NCBI GenBank assembly: GCA_012295275.1 | Contig: CM022669.1 | Span: 6,572,001 to 6,636,000, forward strand | DNA length: 64,000 nucleotides | Direction of reading: 5' to 3' | Source of the DNA: Chrysomallon squamiferum | Taxonomy: Eukaryota > Animalia > Mollusca | Shown: piece by piece, positions 12,793-27,400 of the stretch | How the letters are laid out: each line of letters opens with the position of its first letter | How positions within the stretch are numbered: position 1 is the stretch's first letter | The notes under the pieces: generated by a model | What the model was told of the DNA's origin: nothing | The model's database searches: none | The model's input: only the letters and a program-made list of their open reading frames with translations | Made by a program: the position numbers and the translations under genes

Positions 12793-14935
12793 TATAAAAC
12801 CGGATATTATAAACCGGAAATTCTTTTTTCCTGTAAAGCAGAACAAAGGTAATATTCTCCGAAATACTACATTTCGATTATATTCAGTATTCGTCGAATT
12901 CGACAATTAATAAAATACGTTTTACCAAGGATCACGTTAGTTTTGTTGGTATAAAGAATTCGGATTAACCCCCCCAAAAAAAAAAAATAAAAAAAATAAA
13001 AAAAATAACAAATCCCCCAAAACAACAACTAAAGAATGAACTTGTAATAATATCAGTTGGTACAATTTTAGTTCTACAATCCACTGGACAACAAAATACA
13101 CGATAGGTGTGTTATTTTAGTTTTGTTTTGTTGTTTTTTTTACTATTTTTAGGAGGCTAAATGGCAGCAGAGAGATCTTGCAGTCTGTTATTAAGTATTA
13201 TGATAAATTAATGGATCTAGTACTTACAGGTAATGTAGCAACGATTTTAATAAATTGTCTTTTCAGTTAAAACGAAAGTAAAAACTAATGCAATTCTATG
13301 AATTTTTTCTTATCATATTATGTTTAGATGAACCGTAGAAACCAAATCTATTTACAGAACAATACAAATTTTACCTATCTATGCATCTTTATAAAACATT
13401 GTCAATTAATATATGCTAATCTATATTCCGCAAAAATGTATACATATAAATTATTTATACTTCCAGGCTATTATTTTATTGTTTCAGTGCACCTACCATC
13501 GCTAATAACAAAAGATAATAATAATAATACACAGTTAGTAAATATCTGAATGCCGCCATTTTACAACTGGATTTGTGGCGTCATCATGCATATGGTAGAC
13601 TGATAGTTGCATTTATTGCAACTACAGAAGAAACTGGCCCGTCTTGTACGTGGTGACGTCACGATCGTAAAAATGGCGCGCCCTGATGGTTTAAAACAGT
13701 ACACTTGCTGTTATACTTCTTTATTAATTTATGGGGAAAAAATAAATAAAACATAACTTGGAAGTATGCAGAATATATTTATACTATTTATTGTAACCTC
13801 CGAAGACACCCTTTAACATAACATTGAATTATTTTTGGTGTTTTCGTTGTTGATCTGACCACTGCTTCAGATAAAATAAAATTTTAAAAACATTGTTAAA
13901 AGAAATTGCATAATCGTTTATTTTTGTTATAATCATAATACATCAGCTTTAACCTTCTTTCATTAATTACAAATTGACAGATATCTAAATATAATACTTT
14001 AATTATTTTAGACTTACCGGATATACTGTTGCCAAAATTTACTTTCAGAGTTAAATGTTTTTGAAATGTATGGAAATTTTCTCTTGTGCAAACCGGTCAA
14101 ATTACAATGAAGAAAGAAAAAACTTGCTAACCTAACACCATAAGGCATTAGACTGATGACCTTACGTAATGACGTCAAAGCTAAGAGTTCCGATATTTTG
14201 GTGACGTTTCTACTAATCTCAATCTGTTACAAATATAGTGATCGTCGATGTCATATATACATACGATCTATACAGTATTTCACTGATTAATTATTTGATA
14301 CCACTAAAATAAATATACAGTAGTGTACATTGCTATTTCTTTCATTCATTATTTCCATCATCTGAAACCACTGGCGTAAAATTTGGTAGATTAGCCATTT
14401 ATTAGCCTACTAAAAGTTGTCAAAAATAAACGACATTAAAATGAAAAATAATAAAATATTTTTATTCAGTTTGTGGAATATGTTTATTAATGATTTATTA
14501 AAAAATAAAAAATATAATAATAATAAAAAGAAACATTAACAAAATATGATATTTCAAGATACTTGAAAAATTGTAGATATACAACTATAGTATTATTGTA
14601 GCACGATAAATCGTTTTGTGGTCGGGAACCTGTTTTGTCGTAATTTCTATTAATTTTACCCAAAATGTATATTTATGATACTTTGTTTGAAATATCTTAA
14701 CACAGTATAATAATTAATAATAAACTATGCAATGTTCATAAAAAAGAAAAATAATTATAAATATAAATACATTTGCGACAATCCTTTAAGATCGTCCGTG
14801 ACGTCATAATCGTATCGCCATATTTAGCTGCGCACATACAAAGAGGACGTCAGGGTTTCCATGTCATTTTTTGTTTCAGTTTCATAAGTATATTTGATTA
14901 CATTCGTCAATTTTGTATAAAACTGACTTCGGAGA
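12793..14935. promoter_or_regulatory. Divergent promoter region of PTPN9 and UBE2R2 with CRE, YY1-like and ETS-like motifs
   Basis: The ATGs point away from each other, 2.1 kb apart. TGACGTCA at 13654, 14170 and 14799; TTACGTAA at 14162; GCCGCCATTTT at 13552; AAAATGGCG at 13670; CCGGAA near 12814. Confidence 0.6.
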
Positions 14936-16560
14936 ATGGCTACAGGCAGTGCCGTGAAGGCCTTGCAGCTAGAACTCAAAAAAATCTCCGAAGAACCAGT
15001 GGAAGGGTTTCGAGTAAAATTGATCAATGATGAAAATCTTTTCGAGTGGGAAGTGGCAATTTTTGGACCACCTGGCACCCTATATGAGGGTGGATATTTC
15101 AAGGTTCTTGTATTTATGTGTTAGATATTTATTATTAGTTTTAGTTTTTAATTTAAATTTATATGGATTCTTTATGAAAAGGAAATCCTAAGTTGTTAGA
15201 CTCGTTTTCCGTCATCCATTGTTTGTTTACATTTTTAGTACAACAAACGATTCAGTATAAGATAAGTCATAAAACTATTTTTATGTACACCAAAACGAGG
15301 ATTGTACAAAATATTTATTTCAATTTTTTGTTTTCGCCAGCTTTTTATGTTAAAAATGATATTTAAATCATTTACTTTTTGAGTATTAATAATATTTTTT
15401 AACAGTTATTAAATGGATAAACCAAAAATTATTATTGTTTTATTTTAAATGATTCATCGTTATGAATATTCACAAACAATGACACTCTTTCCAAACAATT
15501 TACTCAAAATAAATCACACTGTTGACAAAAGATTCGAATGAATTACAAAATTTCTTCCTTTGTTTTAATAATACCCATTTATTACCAAAGATATTTTCCT
15601 TATTGTTTCATTATCTTACTTTATTTTTAGCCTCATTGAGTTATTTTCCCCAAGAAGCCATTTATAATGTAAAAAATAAACTGTTGTATTGTAAGAAAAT
15701 TCATAAAGAAAATTTTTATTTTTATTTCAAACATCAGTAAAATGGTATTTTATCTGCCCACACCCTTTCTAAAAAAATGTCTTTTGATCATTTATTATAA
15801 ATCTTTTATACACACCAAAAGGTAAGTGATTAAACAGACAAATAGAAGAAAACAATCCTCAACATTTTAAGCAATAATATGTACATAACAAAAAAAGCCC
15901 TCTTGATATTGATGATAACTGGGTGGGTGGTGCGATGGGAAATCTTTCCATGTATTTTTTCTCCACAACATATTTTGTTACATATTTTATAACCAGCTTA
16001 AGGGAAATGGTAACAGTGGATTTTTCATCTTAAAAAAATAAATAACAAATCAAAACCATAGCGAGATCCAGCTTTGAAAAATATTATATCAATTAATTAT
16101 TGAAGACTTAGTTAAATTAATAATTTTGAATTTGTTTATTTATTTATTATTTTTATAATATATATAGTGAAAAATCCCTTTTTTGAAATATAAAAATGTT
16201 CTTTCTTTCTTGCTGTTTTATTATGATTATTTTGTTTTTGAACAGGCTTGTTTTGTCTTTATTTACAAAATATGAAATGAATTAATAGCTTTGTTAAAAT
16301 TCTTTTCATATCTTTCCATTTTATTTTTAAACTATTCTATTTTAAGCAAAGTAGGTCAACTTCATTATAACCATCCTCACAAAGTAGTGACAAACAAATG
16401 TATACAAAATGGTTTAGTTTTCTTCAAGCAGGTTTCAAATGAATTAAATCAGTATTCTTTATTTCATTTTTCATCAAATAATTGAACCTTGCAAGTAAAA
16501 TATTGGTTATGAAAATATATCTATTTTCTTACAATAATAATTCAGAAAACATATCTATGC

Positions 16561-16612
<52 letters not shown>

Positions 16613-19151
16613 CAAAACGTATTGAAAATATTGTTTAAACATTATTTTCTTTCGAAGACAGCAAACCCCTTGTCCTTTTAACAGTCATTTGAGAGTAAGC
16701 AGTATAAATAATAACATCTAGAAATTGATAGCTTTACATGAATCTTTTTATTTATGAACTGGAACTTTTCAGCACCTTGCAGACTAAATTATAGTGAAAC
16801 ATAATAGTAGTAGGTCTTCAGTAAAGTTCAGATTGCATGTCATGATATATCAGTTTGTCTCTCTGTTGTTCTCTTTCTCTCTCTTGCCATATTATTCTGA
16901 TAAATTACTGAAACAGAATTTAATAATATTTCTTATTCATTTTAGGCTCACATGAAATTTCCACAAGATTATCCATACTCACCACCCAGTGTACGCTTCA
17001 TTTCAAAGATGTGGCACCCTAATGTGTATGAGGTAATACATCATTTATACATTTAAATACTTACTGTTTATAACATCTTTCTTAGTTACATTAGTTTAAA
17101 TAGTTTGATTATGTGTTAAATATTTAATTCTTGAAATAATTTATTTTAAGAAATAACAAATATAAAAAAATAGTTAAACGTTTTAGTATCTTTTTTTTGT
17201 TGATATTTTTAAATTTTATTTGTGCATAAGTTCTTAGGAGTTTGGTAGTCGTAAAAAGAACACCAACAAAGTTAAATCTTTTATTCATAAAAACTAATTA
17301 CACTTCAGTGAGTTCAGGATTATATTTAATTAAAAAAAAAAAAAATATGATAACATTTTAATTCTTAAGGTCTCAATAAGATGACAACATTAACATTTAC
17401 TAGAAGTTAATTACCTTTAAGATTATTCTTTTTCACTTTTACAGTCTGGAAAAGGCAACAAACTTACTCACAGTTAACAACCTTTCATATGACATTCTGA
17501 TTTAAGAGTTTGCCTCTTATTATTTTCGTTTTTACAGAAATAAATATTATCTACTATCTGCTTAAATTACAGAATGGTGATGTCTGTATATCAATCCTGC
17601 ACCCACCTGTTGATGATCCACAAAGTGGGGAATTGCCCTCGGAGAGGTGGAATCCTACCCAGACAGTCAGGTAGTTGTGTGATCCACCAGAATAAAAGAC
17701 AAAAATGAAAACAAGGAAAGGAATAACAAAATTAAATTCTGAAATATTACTGTATACCTATTTTAACTCTTGTTGTGACTGGGTTCTGTTACCATTTTTT
17801 TCTGTTCAAACACATTTTTATTCTTTTAACCTTGTGTCAGTTTGTTCCATGTTATGGATTTAGCTATCATGAAGTAAACCAGTTCACAAACAATACATGT
17901 CCAGACATTTGTGTGACTTTTATTAATCATTTCTGATATAGTGTAGGAATGGATAGCTTACTCCTATGCTATAGTGGGTTAAAAATTCTAACTGAAAAGA
18001 AGAGAATTTAAATATTTACTTTTCTAATCAATTCTTTCAAACATCTTTTGTGGAGAATTGCAGGTGTGGGAAGTAGCTGTATGTATGGCAACACGAGCAG
18101 AATAGATCTATGATTTCAGGCACCTTGCTACCACTGATTTTCCTGCATTGCTAAGATTCTGACTAAATAGATTATTATTATTATTATTATTATTATTATT
18201 TTTATAATTTTGAATTTATTCATTTTTATTTTGTTTACAGAACAGTACTGCTAAGTATAATATCTTTACTGAACGAACCAAATACTTTTTCACCTGCCAA
18301 TGTTGATGCCTCTGTGATGTTTCGCAAGTGGAGAGAGTCCAAAGGAAAAGACAAGGAATATGAAACAATAATTAGGTAAGAAAGTTGTTAAAAAGAAATC
18401 CAAGGCATAAATTTGAGTAAATAATTACATTACTGCCATTTGGTTAAACTTTTTGTTAGTTCTGTAATAATGATAATTATAATTATGATAATTAATAACA
18501 AACATTTATAAAATGCAGAATAACTTGAAAAATAGAGATAAGAAAATTTAATATGTAATCTATTTTAAATTAACATCTGTTAGATGTTTTCATATATTTA
18601 AAATGAAATATGAAAGAGTAAACAAACCTTTGCTGCCACTCTGTATGCAACGTTTACCAAAATCAGTTAGTTTTAAAATCTTCCAGTAGGTTTTGACTAA
18701 AGCAATCATTCTGTAAACTGTCCATTGGGTTCTAACAAAAATACTGATTTTGTGAATTTTCCAGTGGTTTTTTAAAATAAAATCGATTGGAATTTTTAAA
18801 CTGTGCAATGGATTTTGTAATCTGTTGAAGAAGTAGAGTGTGTAAAATCCATCCTGTGATCTGTTGTCTTGACGATGTCCTCTAATCTCTTGACAACAGT
18901 ATTCCTGTTTGAACTATATAATGACCTGTTGTGTCTGTTTCAGAAAACAAGTGACATCAACCCGAAGTGAAGCGATCAAGGATGGTGTGACAGTTCCTAT
19001 GACGTTACAGGAATATTGTGTTAGTGCTAAACCGGCGCAAGACAACCAGGTCGATGTTGACTTTTACGATGATGATTATGTCGATGACCTCGAGGAGGAA
19101 GAAGAGATGTACGAGGATGATGATGAAGATTCTGGAAATGAAGAATCCTGA
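14936..19151 (+). CDS. UBE2R2: Ubiquitin-conjugating enzyme E2 R (CDC34/UBE2R2). 5 exons: 14936-15103, 16946-17032, 17573-17670, 18241-18375, 18944-19151.
   Basis: [25 protein letters not shown]...[33 protein letters not shown]...[41 protein letters not shown]. Contains the active-site Cys, the CDC34-specific acidic loop and an acidic C-terminal tail. All introns are GT-AG with matching phases. Confidence 0.96.
16564..16610. repeat. (CA)n microsatellite
   Basis: Seen directly. Confidence 0.95.
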
Positions 19152-22100
19152 TGAAGATTGAATAACTTAAAAATAAAAAAAAAAAAAAATAAAAAAAAAA
19201 ACAAACAAAAACACGCAGACTATTATTATAATTATTATTATTATTCTTATTTGTTCTGATTGGGTGTCAGCAACAGAGTTTCTGATGAATTGTTGTTAAA
19301 TTTAAATTTTATATCCTGGCTAAATTTTCTCATTTTTGGAAAAATAATTTATTCACAGTTCTAAGCATCTGATACTGAGGACAAATCTTCAGCAAAGAAG
19401 CTATGAAGAATATAAAAAAAAAAAAAAAAAAAAAAATATGAACTACTTTTCTCTTGTTCCACAGTGTTGATTTTGAGGAATCCTTCCCTCCATGGATATC
19501 TTATGCTATTGAAGTTTTAAGTATTTGTTACAACCGTAGCAGATGTTTTTTTGAAAAGAAAATGTGGCTAACTTTCACCAGTGATAACAATCTTTCAGGT
19601 AAATATAACACAACATACCCACATATATATATTTTGAAAATTAAAAACGGCTGCAGCAATCAGGTTGAAATGTTGTTAAGACAAAACAACTAATCACTGC
19701 TGAGATTTACCTTTTCCAGAAATTATTTATTTTACTTTTTTTCAACATTAATTAATTTGTATTATTATTATTTATGGTCTGTACAGTGTGGTAGGGCAGA
19801 TTTGAATATTGTATTACTTGCCATTAATAAATTATTTGGCAAACCAACAGCGATAATGAATAAGCCACTGTGCAAGAGATTGCTTTACTTGACTTTCAAT
19901 CAGGAATTATTTAAATTTGCAAAATTAAATAAACTGCAGTTTGAATGTCAGTTTTGTATGTAAATTTGTACTGTAATTGTGAAGAGAGAATGAGAAATGT
20001 GTGTTACTATGTATATTGAACTATGTTAATATTAAATATAAAGTTTTGATTTTATGAAGTGAACTTGAAATATCCTCTGATTTCAGCCATTGATTTAAGT
20101 CTTTTTGTTACTTATTGCAGTGTAGAGATTTTGGTGTGTGATAAAAAAAGTCACGTTTGCAAGGTAAAAATTGTGATGTATGTGTCAGTTTCTTTGATGT
20201 TCCTATATTAACATACTTATTCTCTACAGCACATTTTTTTTTTTAAAGTTTCTTTTCTTTTTTTTTTTGGTGTGGGCCCTGATTTGTATAATTGGACATA
20301 TTTATATTTAAATTTTGGTTATATCTGCATGCATTGTATGTAAGGGCCAGTTGAATATAGTGGACACTGAAGGACAGATATATTATCACATTTGTATGTT
20401 CACAGTTCATTTTGTTTTTCTACTACTTGCCTATAGTACCTTGTGGATAGTTGTTCTTTATTGATTTAAGTGTTGAATTTAAATGAAATTTGTTTTCAAT
20501 TTCTTTGGATGGATGTACATTGCGCTGGAGCAAAAAAAAGAAAAAAAAAAGAACAAATTTCATTTAATTTCCAATTCACATCTTCATTCATTTTAAAAAA
20601 AAAAATCTTTCTCTCATTTTCATCAGTCTTTCATTTCATTTCATTTTTATTTTACTCTCTCTCTTTTACTTGTGTCAACCAAGTCATTAACAGTTAACAA
20701 AAAAGCAAATTTTAAACAAAATTTAAATTACAATTCTTCTATATATTTACTTTTAATCATTCCATGTTTTTTTTTTTAGAATTTCAGATATTTTTTTTTT
20801 TTTTTGTATTGTATATCCAGAATTTCTGAGTATTATTTCTTGCTATGGTTAATTTACAGAAGAATTAAATTTGGTTGATCCTTACTGTGGATAATTTTTC
20901 ACAGATATGATGATCTTTAGGCTACAAATTTTAAAAATTAATCAAAATTCTTCTAACTATGCCATCATTTTTCATTTTATTGACTCCCCAACATTCATCA
21001 TGCAAAGCCATTATTTATTTGTTTATTTATTTTAGCCACAACTTTGTTTTGAAGTACTTCAGAAATATTGAGTTAACAAAATAAACTGAATTAATGAAAT
21101 ATTCTTATTTTTAATAATTACTGAATGTGTGGTTTTAAAGCTTTGTATTACAAAAAAGAATAATAGTAAGTTTTAATAAATTTGAAAAAAACGTGTAAAT
21201 TTTATGAAAAAGAACTTCAGAGAAAATTATTTTTATATATACAATGCCTGCTATATAATTTTCTGAGTAAAACTGGGTTGAAGTATTTTAATAGACATAC
21301 AGTAACTTTAAATTAAGATATAAGATTAGAAAAATGGTCCTCAGCAAATTTATTGTAAATACATCAGTATGATGAACAAACTGAGGCAATATAAACACTC
21401 GTTAGAATAAATTTTCTTATTTTTCTTAGCCATTATTTATCTAACAACTTGTATCTAAAAGTTCTAATCCAGTTTCAAACTTAAGGTTTTATTTTCTATT
21501 TTCATGTTTTGTTTTATTTATAGATCCGATTCTGATTGGAAATCTGCCATTTTCAGAATATTTTATCAAAAATTAGTAAGATTAATGTTAATACACGAGA
21601 TTTAAAATGTGTTTCCTTATAGAAAAAGAGAAATTCTTGGTATTATTTTAGAGCCATTTTCATTCATTGCCTTTGGTGGGTTGTGGTTTTTAATGCAAAA
21701 CAAAAACTGAACTAGAATTATTTATTTGAATTTTTGTTTAATTCTTATTTTTGAATATGCCATTTTCATTCATAATTTTTTGTGGACTGAGGTTTTGTTG
21801 CTGACTAATAATCATTACAGAAAAGTTTTGTTGTTATTACTCTTTTTTTAAATAACATTTATTTATTTTTTGTTGAAATTTCATCATTATTGCTTAGCTT
21901 GCATTGAAAATGAAATTGTTTAAATATGGGCAAAGTAATTTAAAAAAAATAATAAAAAAACAATTAAGTATTAATAAAAATGACATATTTACACCATTAG
22001 ACAAAACACATGCTTACACAATTTTTATTTTAATCTCATAATTCCATCTCAAGGGCATTATGGATAATTTTTATTTAATTTACACTCAGATTTTAAAATG

Positions 22101-24404
22101 TTTTCTTTAAATGTTATTAACATGTCAATTTTTTATTATTTTTTTTTTAGATAAAAAGTTTATTATTTTACCTAGAGATGGATTTTAAATTTTTTTTCTA
22201 CTACTACAACAAAAAAATACTGTTGGCTAAAAAAAAAAATGTGTAAATATTCACAATGTAAGTGTTCTTAAAATATTGACTGGTTTATAAAAATTGGGTT
22301 TTCACTTTTGTAAACTTGTCATAACAGAATCCACGTCCACTGTTCTAAAGCACTATTTATTCCATTTTACTGTTATTTGAATCATATCTAATACATGTAC
22401 ATACATATGTGAAATTAATAAAACAAAAATGAAAAACACAATTTTTTTGTTTTTTCTTTTAATGTTAACAACCAATGGAGCTCTGCAAACCAGATTGTCG
22501 TCTAGTGAGGCACATTCAGATTTAAATTTTTTTTTTTTTTTATTACATATACTCTCAGTATCCTTAAAATTCTGTTACTTATCAACAGATGAAAAAAGAT
22601 GAGTATCAAGATATCCGTAAATATATATTATCTGATATTTTTTACTGGTTTTTACAGGATGAAAACCTAAACTAAACTAAAAATAATAATAATAATAATA
22701 ATATTAAAAAATAAAAAATGACACTGATGATTGATTTGTTTATCAAAAGATATCCTTCGGTACACAAATCTTTTTAGTACACCAGTTATCTCTGTCAGCA
22801 TTTAGAATTATTTAAAAAATATGTAATAAAATATTTTAGATGTAAGAAAGGTATGCTAATAAAAACAATTTGTCAGTTTTAGGTAAAAGATTTTCTATTG
22901 TTTCTAAAGATTTAAATATCCTTTGATAAACTGACATCAATTCATTATGTAAACTGATTAATTTAAATAATACATGATTAAGTAATAAACAGCTAATTTC
23001 ACTGATGATAGTAAATAAAACAGTCACATTTATTTTGGATTTATAGATTTTTCATTCTGATTTGTATTTTCATCTCAGCTCTACAAATAGTCATCAATAA
23101 ACTAATGAAATGCAGAAAACAATTTATAATTTGTAAAATATGCAAAATATGGTCCAGTTCAACTACAATCAAGTATCTGTTTATCATCTTATGACTCCTT
23201 AATTATATAAACATTTCATTGTTATTCATAATTAGCATAGCACTTTCAATAATGATTTTTTTTTTTAAATAAAAATAAATCACAATAAAAACAATACTTG
23301 TTCATTAATATAAATCATGGGTTATTACCTATTTTTTTTAACAAATGATGTGTATTTTTTTTACAATGAAAAAACCTTATTTCATCTTAGACCTAAATTC
23401 CCTCCCTTTAAATAAAAAAATATAAAATATGTTACACATCCATTTTTGGGGCTGACTTTGATGATTACTAGTGACATCCATCACAAACAAAGTGTAGAAT
23501 AATGGCCAAGAATACATGATAAATAAATGGTTGCCCACATTTTCACCAAATTAACAACATAATTATGTTTACATCATGTACTGTATGAAACACATTTCCT
23601 ATGTAAGTACAGTAATATTATGAGCATCTCCAAAAACTACACAATACACATGAAGCAGATATTTATGAAATGATAAAGCATGGCCAAGTACAAAATTAGA
23701 ACACAATTTTGCATAACTTTTGTTAACATTATTAAAAAGAAAGATATTTTCTTTTAATAGTAACACTGATGATAGTTCAACATCTAAAAAATTATTTTCA
23801 GTTTAACTTTGAGACCTGACATACCAGATGCCAGATTATCAAACTGAAAAATAAATAGTTCTTTTTCTCTGTACACATATTTCATTAAACAAAGTGTCAG
23901 GTTTTCCACACTGTAAGTTATTTTGAAATTTCTCAAAATGGACATCTTCTGCAGAAGGAACTTCTATGTACAAACTTGGTGCACAGTCTGGATCTTATCT
24001 GAACACTGTGGAGTTAAATTCAAAACATTATTCGATATGCAGTTCCAGTAACACGTCAAGACTTTCCAGAAACTTCCAATATAGGTTTGCAAACGGTGAT
24101 GTATTTCTTTAAAAAATATAAAATAATAAAATGTAATTAAATGCAAATATATATATATATAATTCAATAAAAAAAAGAAGAAAAAGGCATATGATACATC
24201 TTGATTATTACAAATAATTAGTTATCAATAAAAATTGTTAATTAAAACGTAACAGGATACTGAAATACATTCAAAAATTCACGCGAATGTATGCTTTCTG
24301 TACAGTCAGTCCACAATTAGTGAAAATTCTTCTCTTCAGGAAGTTATCTTGCATATCAGTCTGACTGTTCTTTTAACAAACCTGTGTATTAATGATATCT
24401 TGTG

Positions 24405-27400
24405 TTATGTGGGCAGCGTGTTGAGAGCATCCTGTAGCTTGAGCCTTGCCTCGTTGACCTTTCCTTCCTGACGTCTGATATCTTCTTCATGTATTAGCAT
24501 CTGCTGAATGTGGGGCTGGTTGGCATCGATGTTGACGCCAGGGTTTTTCTGAATTGACGTCTTACTGCCGTTCTGACCAGTGATGGGGATGTTGCTGAGG
24601 TGGAGAGCGGCTGAAATACTCTGAAGTACATTTTCATTTGTCATCTCTGGGCCAACAGCTGAAATGTTTTAAGCATGAATGTCACAATTGTGAAAATAAA
24701 AATATTACTATGGATGATCACCTCATTGGTATACATAATTTGATTTCTAGAAATATTATAACAAGTAAATCCTTTTGGCTGTAATACATATTTGGTTATT
24801 TCTCTGTTCCACTGACTGCTCCATCAATGGCTTATCATAGTCTAGGAAAAATTCTGTTGATAGGAAAAATTAAAAAGTTTTGGTCAGACATAATGTGATA
24901 TAATGTTCTAGATTACTTAATTATTTATGATTCCTAATGCTGTTAAATTATTTGATTGTGGTCTATCAAAACCTAATAAAGTGACAACATACGCTGCATG
25001 TTTCTGGGGAGGTCCATGGCTTGGATAGGGTCATCTGCACTGTCTCTGGCTTGAAGTCCCTGTAGTCTTTTTTCCCAGAAAAGCTACAGAGAAAGAAATG
25101 TTTTTTTAATACTACTGATTTTTTGGTTTTCAATATTATACTAAAAATGGAATAAAAACCTAATATTTACTACACCTGTTCAAGAAGAGACTATAATGAG
25201 AATGTGTATATCTATTTATTAAATCTCCCAGGATTAAATTAAATGAGCAGTTTGAAAATATTATAAACATTTTTCAAATCTGTTTTCTCCATGATCTTTT
25301 TAAAACTAGTGAGATAAAACAGTGCATAATCTGTAAAATATTGATCACAGTTAAAGTGAATATATATTTTCAAAATATTCTAGTGGAATGACTAAACATA
25401 AGATGAACTGCAGAAAATGCAAAAGGAAAAGAAAAACATAAATAAACATAGACAGAGAGAGAGTGAGAAAAGGGTGGAGAAAAATCAAACTTATCTGTAT
25501 TTGAGTACAAATGTTTAAACAATAACAACAAAATAAAATTCTAGGGAGAGAAAAAAAAAATTTTTTTTCTCACCTGTTTTGGTGGATCCTGTGGACCATG
25601 TTTGAGATCAGATTTGGTCTGACTTTCAGGTCTGTTTCTTATTACTGTCACTGGCTGTTTGAATATTGATGCTGTTTGTCGAATTGGTAGAACTAAACTG
25701 GCATCATGCCGGATTCCTATCAAATTACCAGAAACAAAATATGTAGTATCCATGATTTATCTTACATTAGCAACAAAATTATAAACATTCCTAAGTTCAA
25801 TGTAAGTTATTTCATAATTTATCTGCAAAACTGTATAGTATAGATTTAAAAAAAAAATTCTTGACTATTGAAAATTATATAAATATTTTTAGAATTTAAA
25901 TGATTATAATTACACATCTTTACATTTTTTGACAGTTAATACTGAGTTGGTTAAATAAATTTAAACATACATGTTTCTATTATGCTTTATCAAGAAAATA
26001 ATTTGAATACATCAAAGTAAGAATACTATAAGTACTACCAGAATAATATCATTAACTATTATTATAAAGCAATATGCTAAAGAAAGTTTTCAACTTATGA
26101 TTGAGTTACATTACTTGGAATTTTCTTAAGTTTCTTTTTTATTTATGAAATATTATCTACTGTTTTTCTAGAACTGTGCTGCCAGAGAGAATATATAGTA
26201 GGGAAATAAATTCTAATGTTTATTTATATATTTTTTTCCAGATTTTGAATTGTTTTGTTTTTTATTTATTGTGGCAGTACAGACAGATTCAAGTCATAAG
26301 TAGAGAACTAGCTGAATTACTGTTAGACAAGCTAAGACAGTTATTATCTTTTGTCCTGTGAAGCATTTTTACAGAATGAAAACTAATATTAGTGATACTT
26401 ACCTAAAAATACTAATTTTAGGATTAGTAAAATTTAACATTCTGGTCCATTTTTCAGCAAAAAAAACAACAACCAATACTTACCTCCAAGATTTTCAGTT
26501 TAAACTTTTAACAAAATTATCACCTAATTTCTTTTTCATCAACTGCATGCATCATTACATGGCTAAACCTGTATCTCTAGCCTTTCAGCAAAGTTCGTAT
26601 AACTCAGTAGTAATAAAAAATTATAAGTCCAAATATAAACCAACCTATTTTCAATTTAAAAATATCAAATTAATGTTTTATGTATTATTACTAGTATTTG
26701 TATTAAATATATATCATAAGCACTGTTGTGTTTGTAAATATATATTCAGGATGTAAGACAAGCAGCTTATTTCTTGTGGTAATAAAATCTAATCATGCAG
26801 TAAAATAAAGTTAGCATTCTGAGCACAAATACTAGAGTTGTGAAAGCAAAGGCAAATATCATCAGGCAATGGAAGAATTAATATAGAAGCTCTGTTATTG
26901 CTAAATTCAAACAATGTTTTGAATTTTGTCTGAAAACAATTATAAAGCATGCATTCACTATTGAAAAATAACTATTACTTAATTTTATTATTTTTAATAT
27001 ATTGTTAGTATTTTTTTGTTATGTTTGCATATCCAAATATTCAGTGAAGCAAGAATACAGCATGCATGTGTTCAAATGAACTTCATTTATAAATTTATTA
27101 GACAGGTTATTAGATTACTGAAAAAGCTGGGCAATTAATTGTATTCAGAGAATACAACACATACTTTAAATTTCACAAAGTGATTTGAAGGATTTTGATA
27201 TTTTTGCAATAGTTTAAGAATAATTTATAACATGTATTATTTTTGGGGCTGTTTCTCTAACCAAATTTGATAGTAATTAGTACACAGAAAAATAAAAAAT
27301 TACTATTATAAACTACTCTAATTTGTTTTTGTGTCAGTATCGTGTTACATGCCATTCATATCAAACAAAATGGACCATGCAAAAATTACCGGATACAGGT

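Noticed and set aside
14773-15102. ORFs 14773-15030 (+) and 14824-15102 (-)
   Set aside because: Alternative-frame or antisense overlaps of UBE2R2 exon 1 with no recognisable motif.
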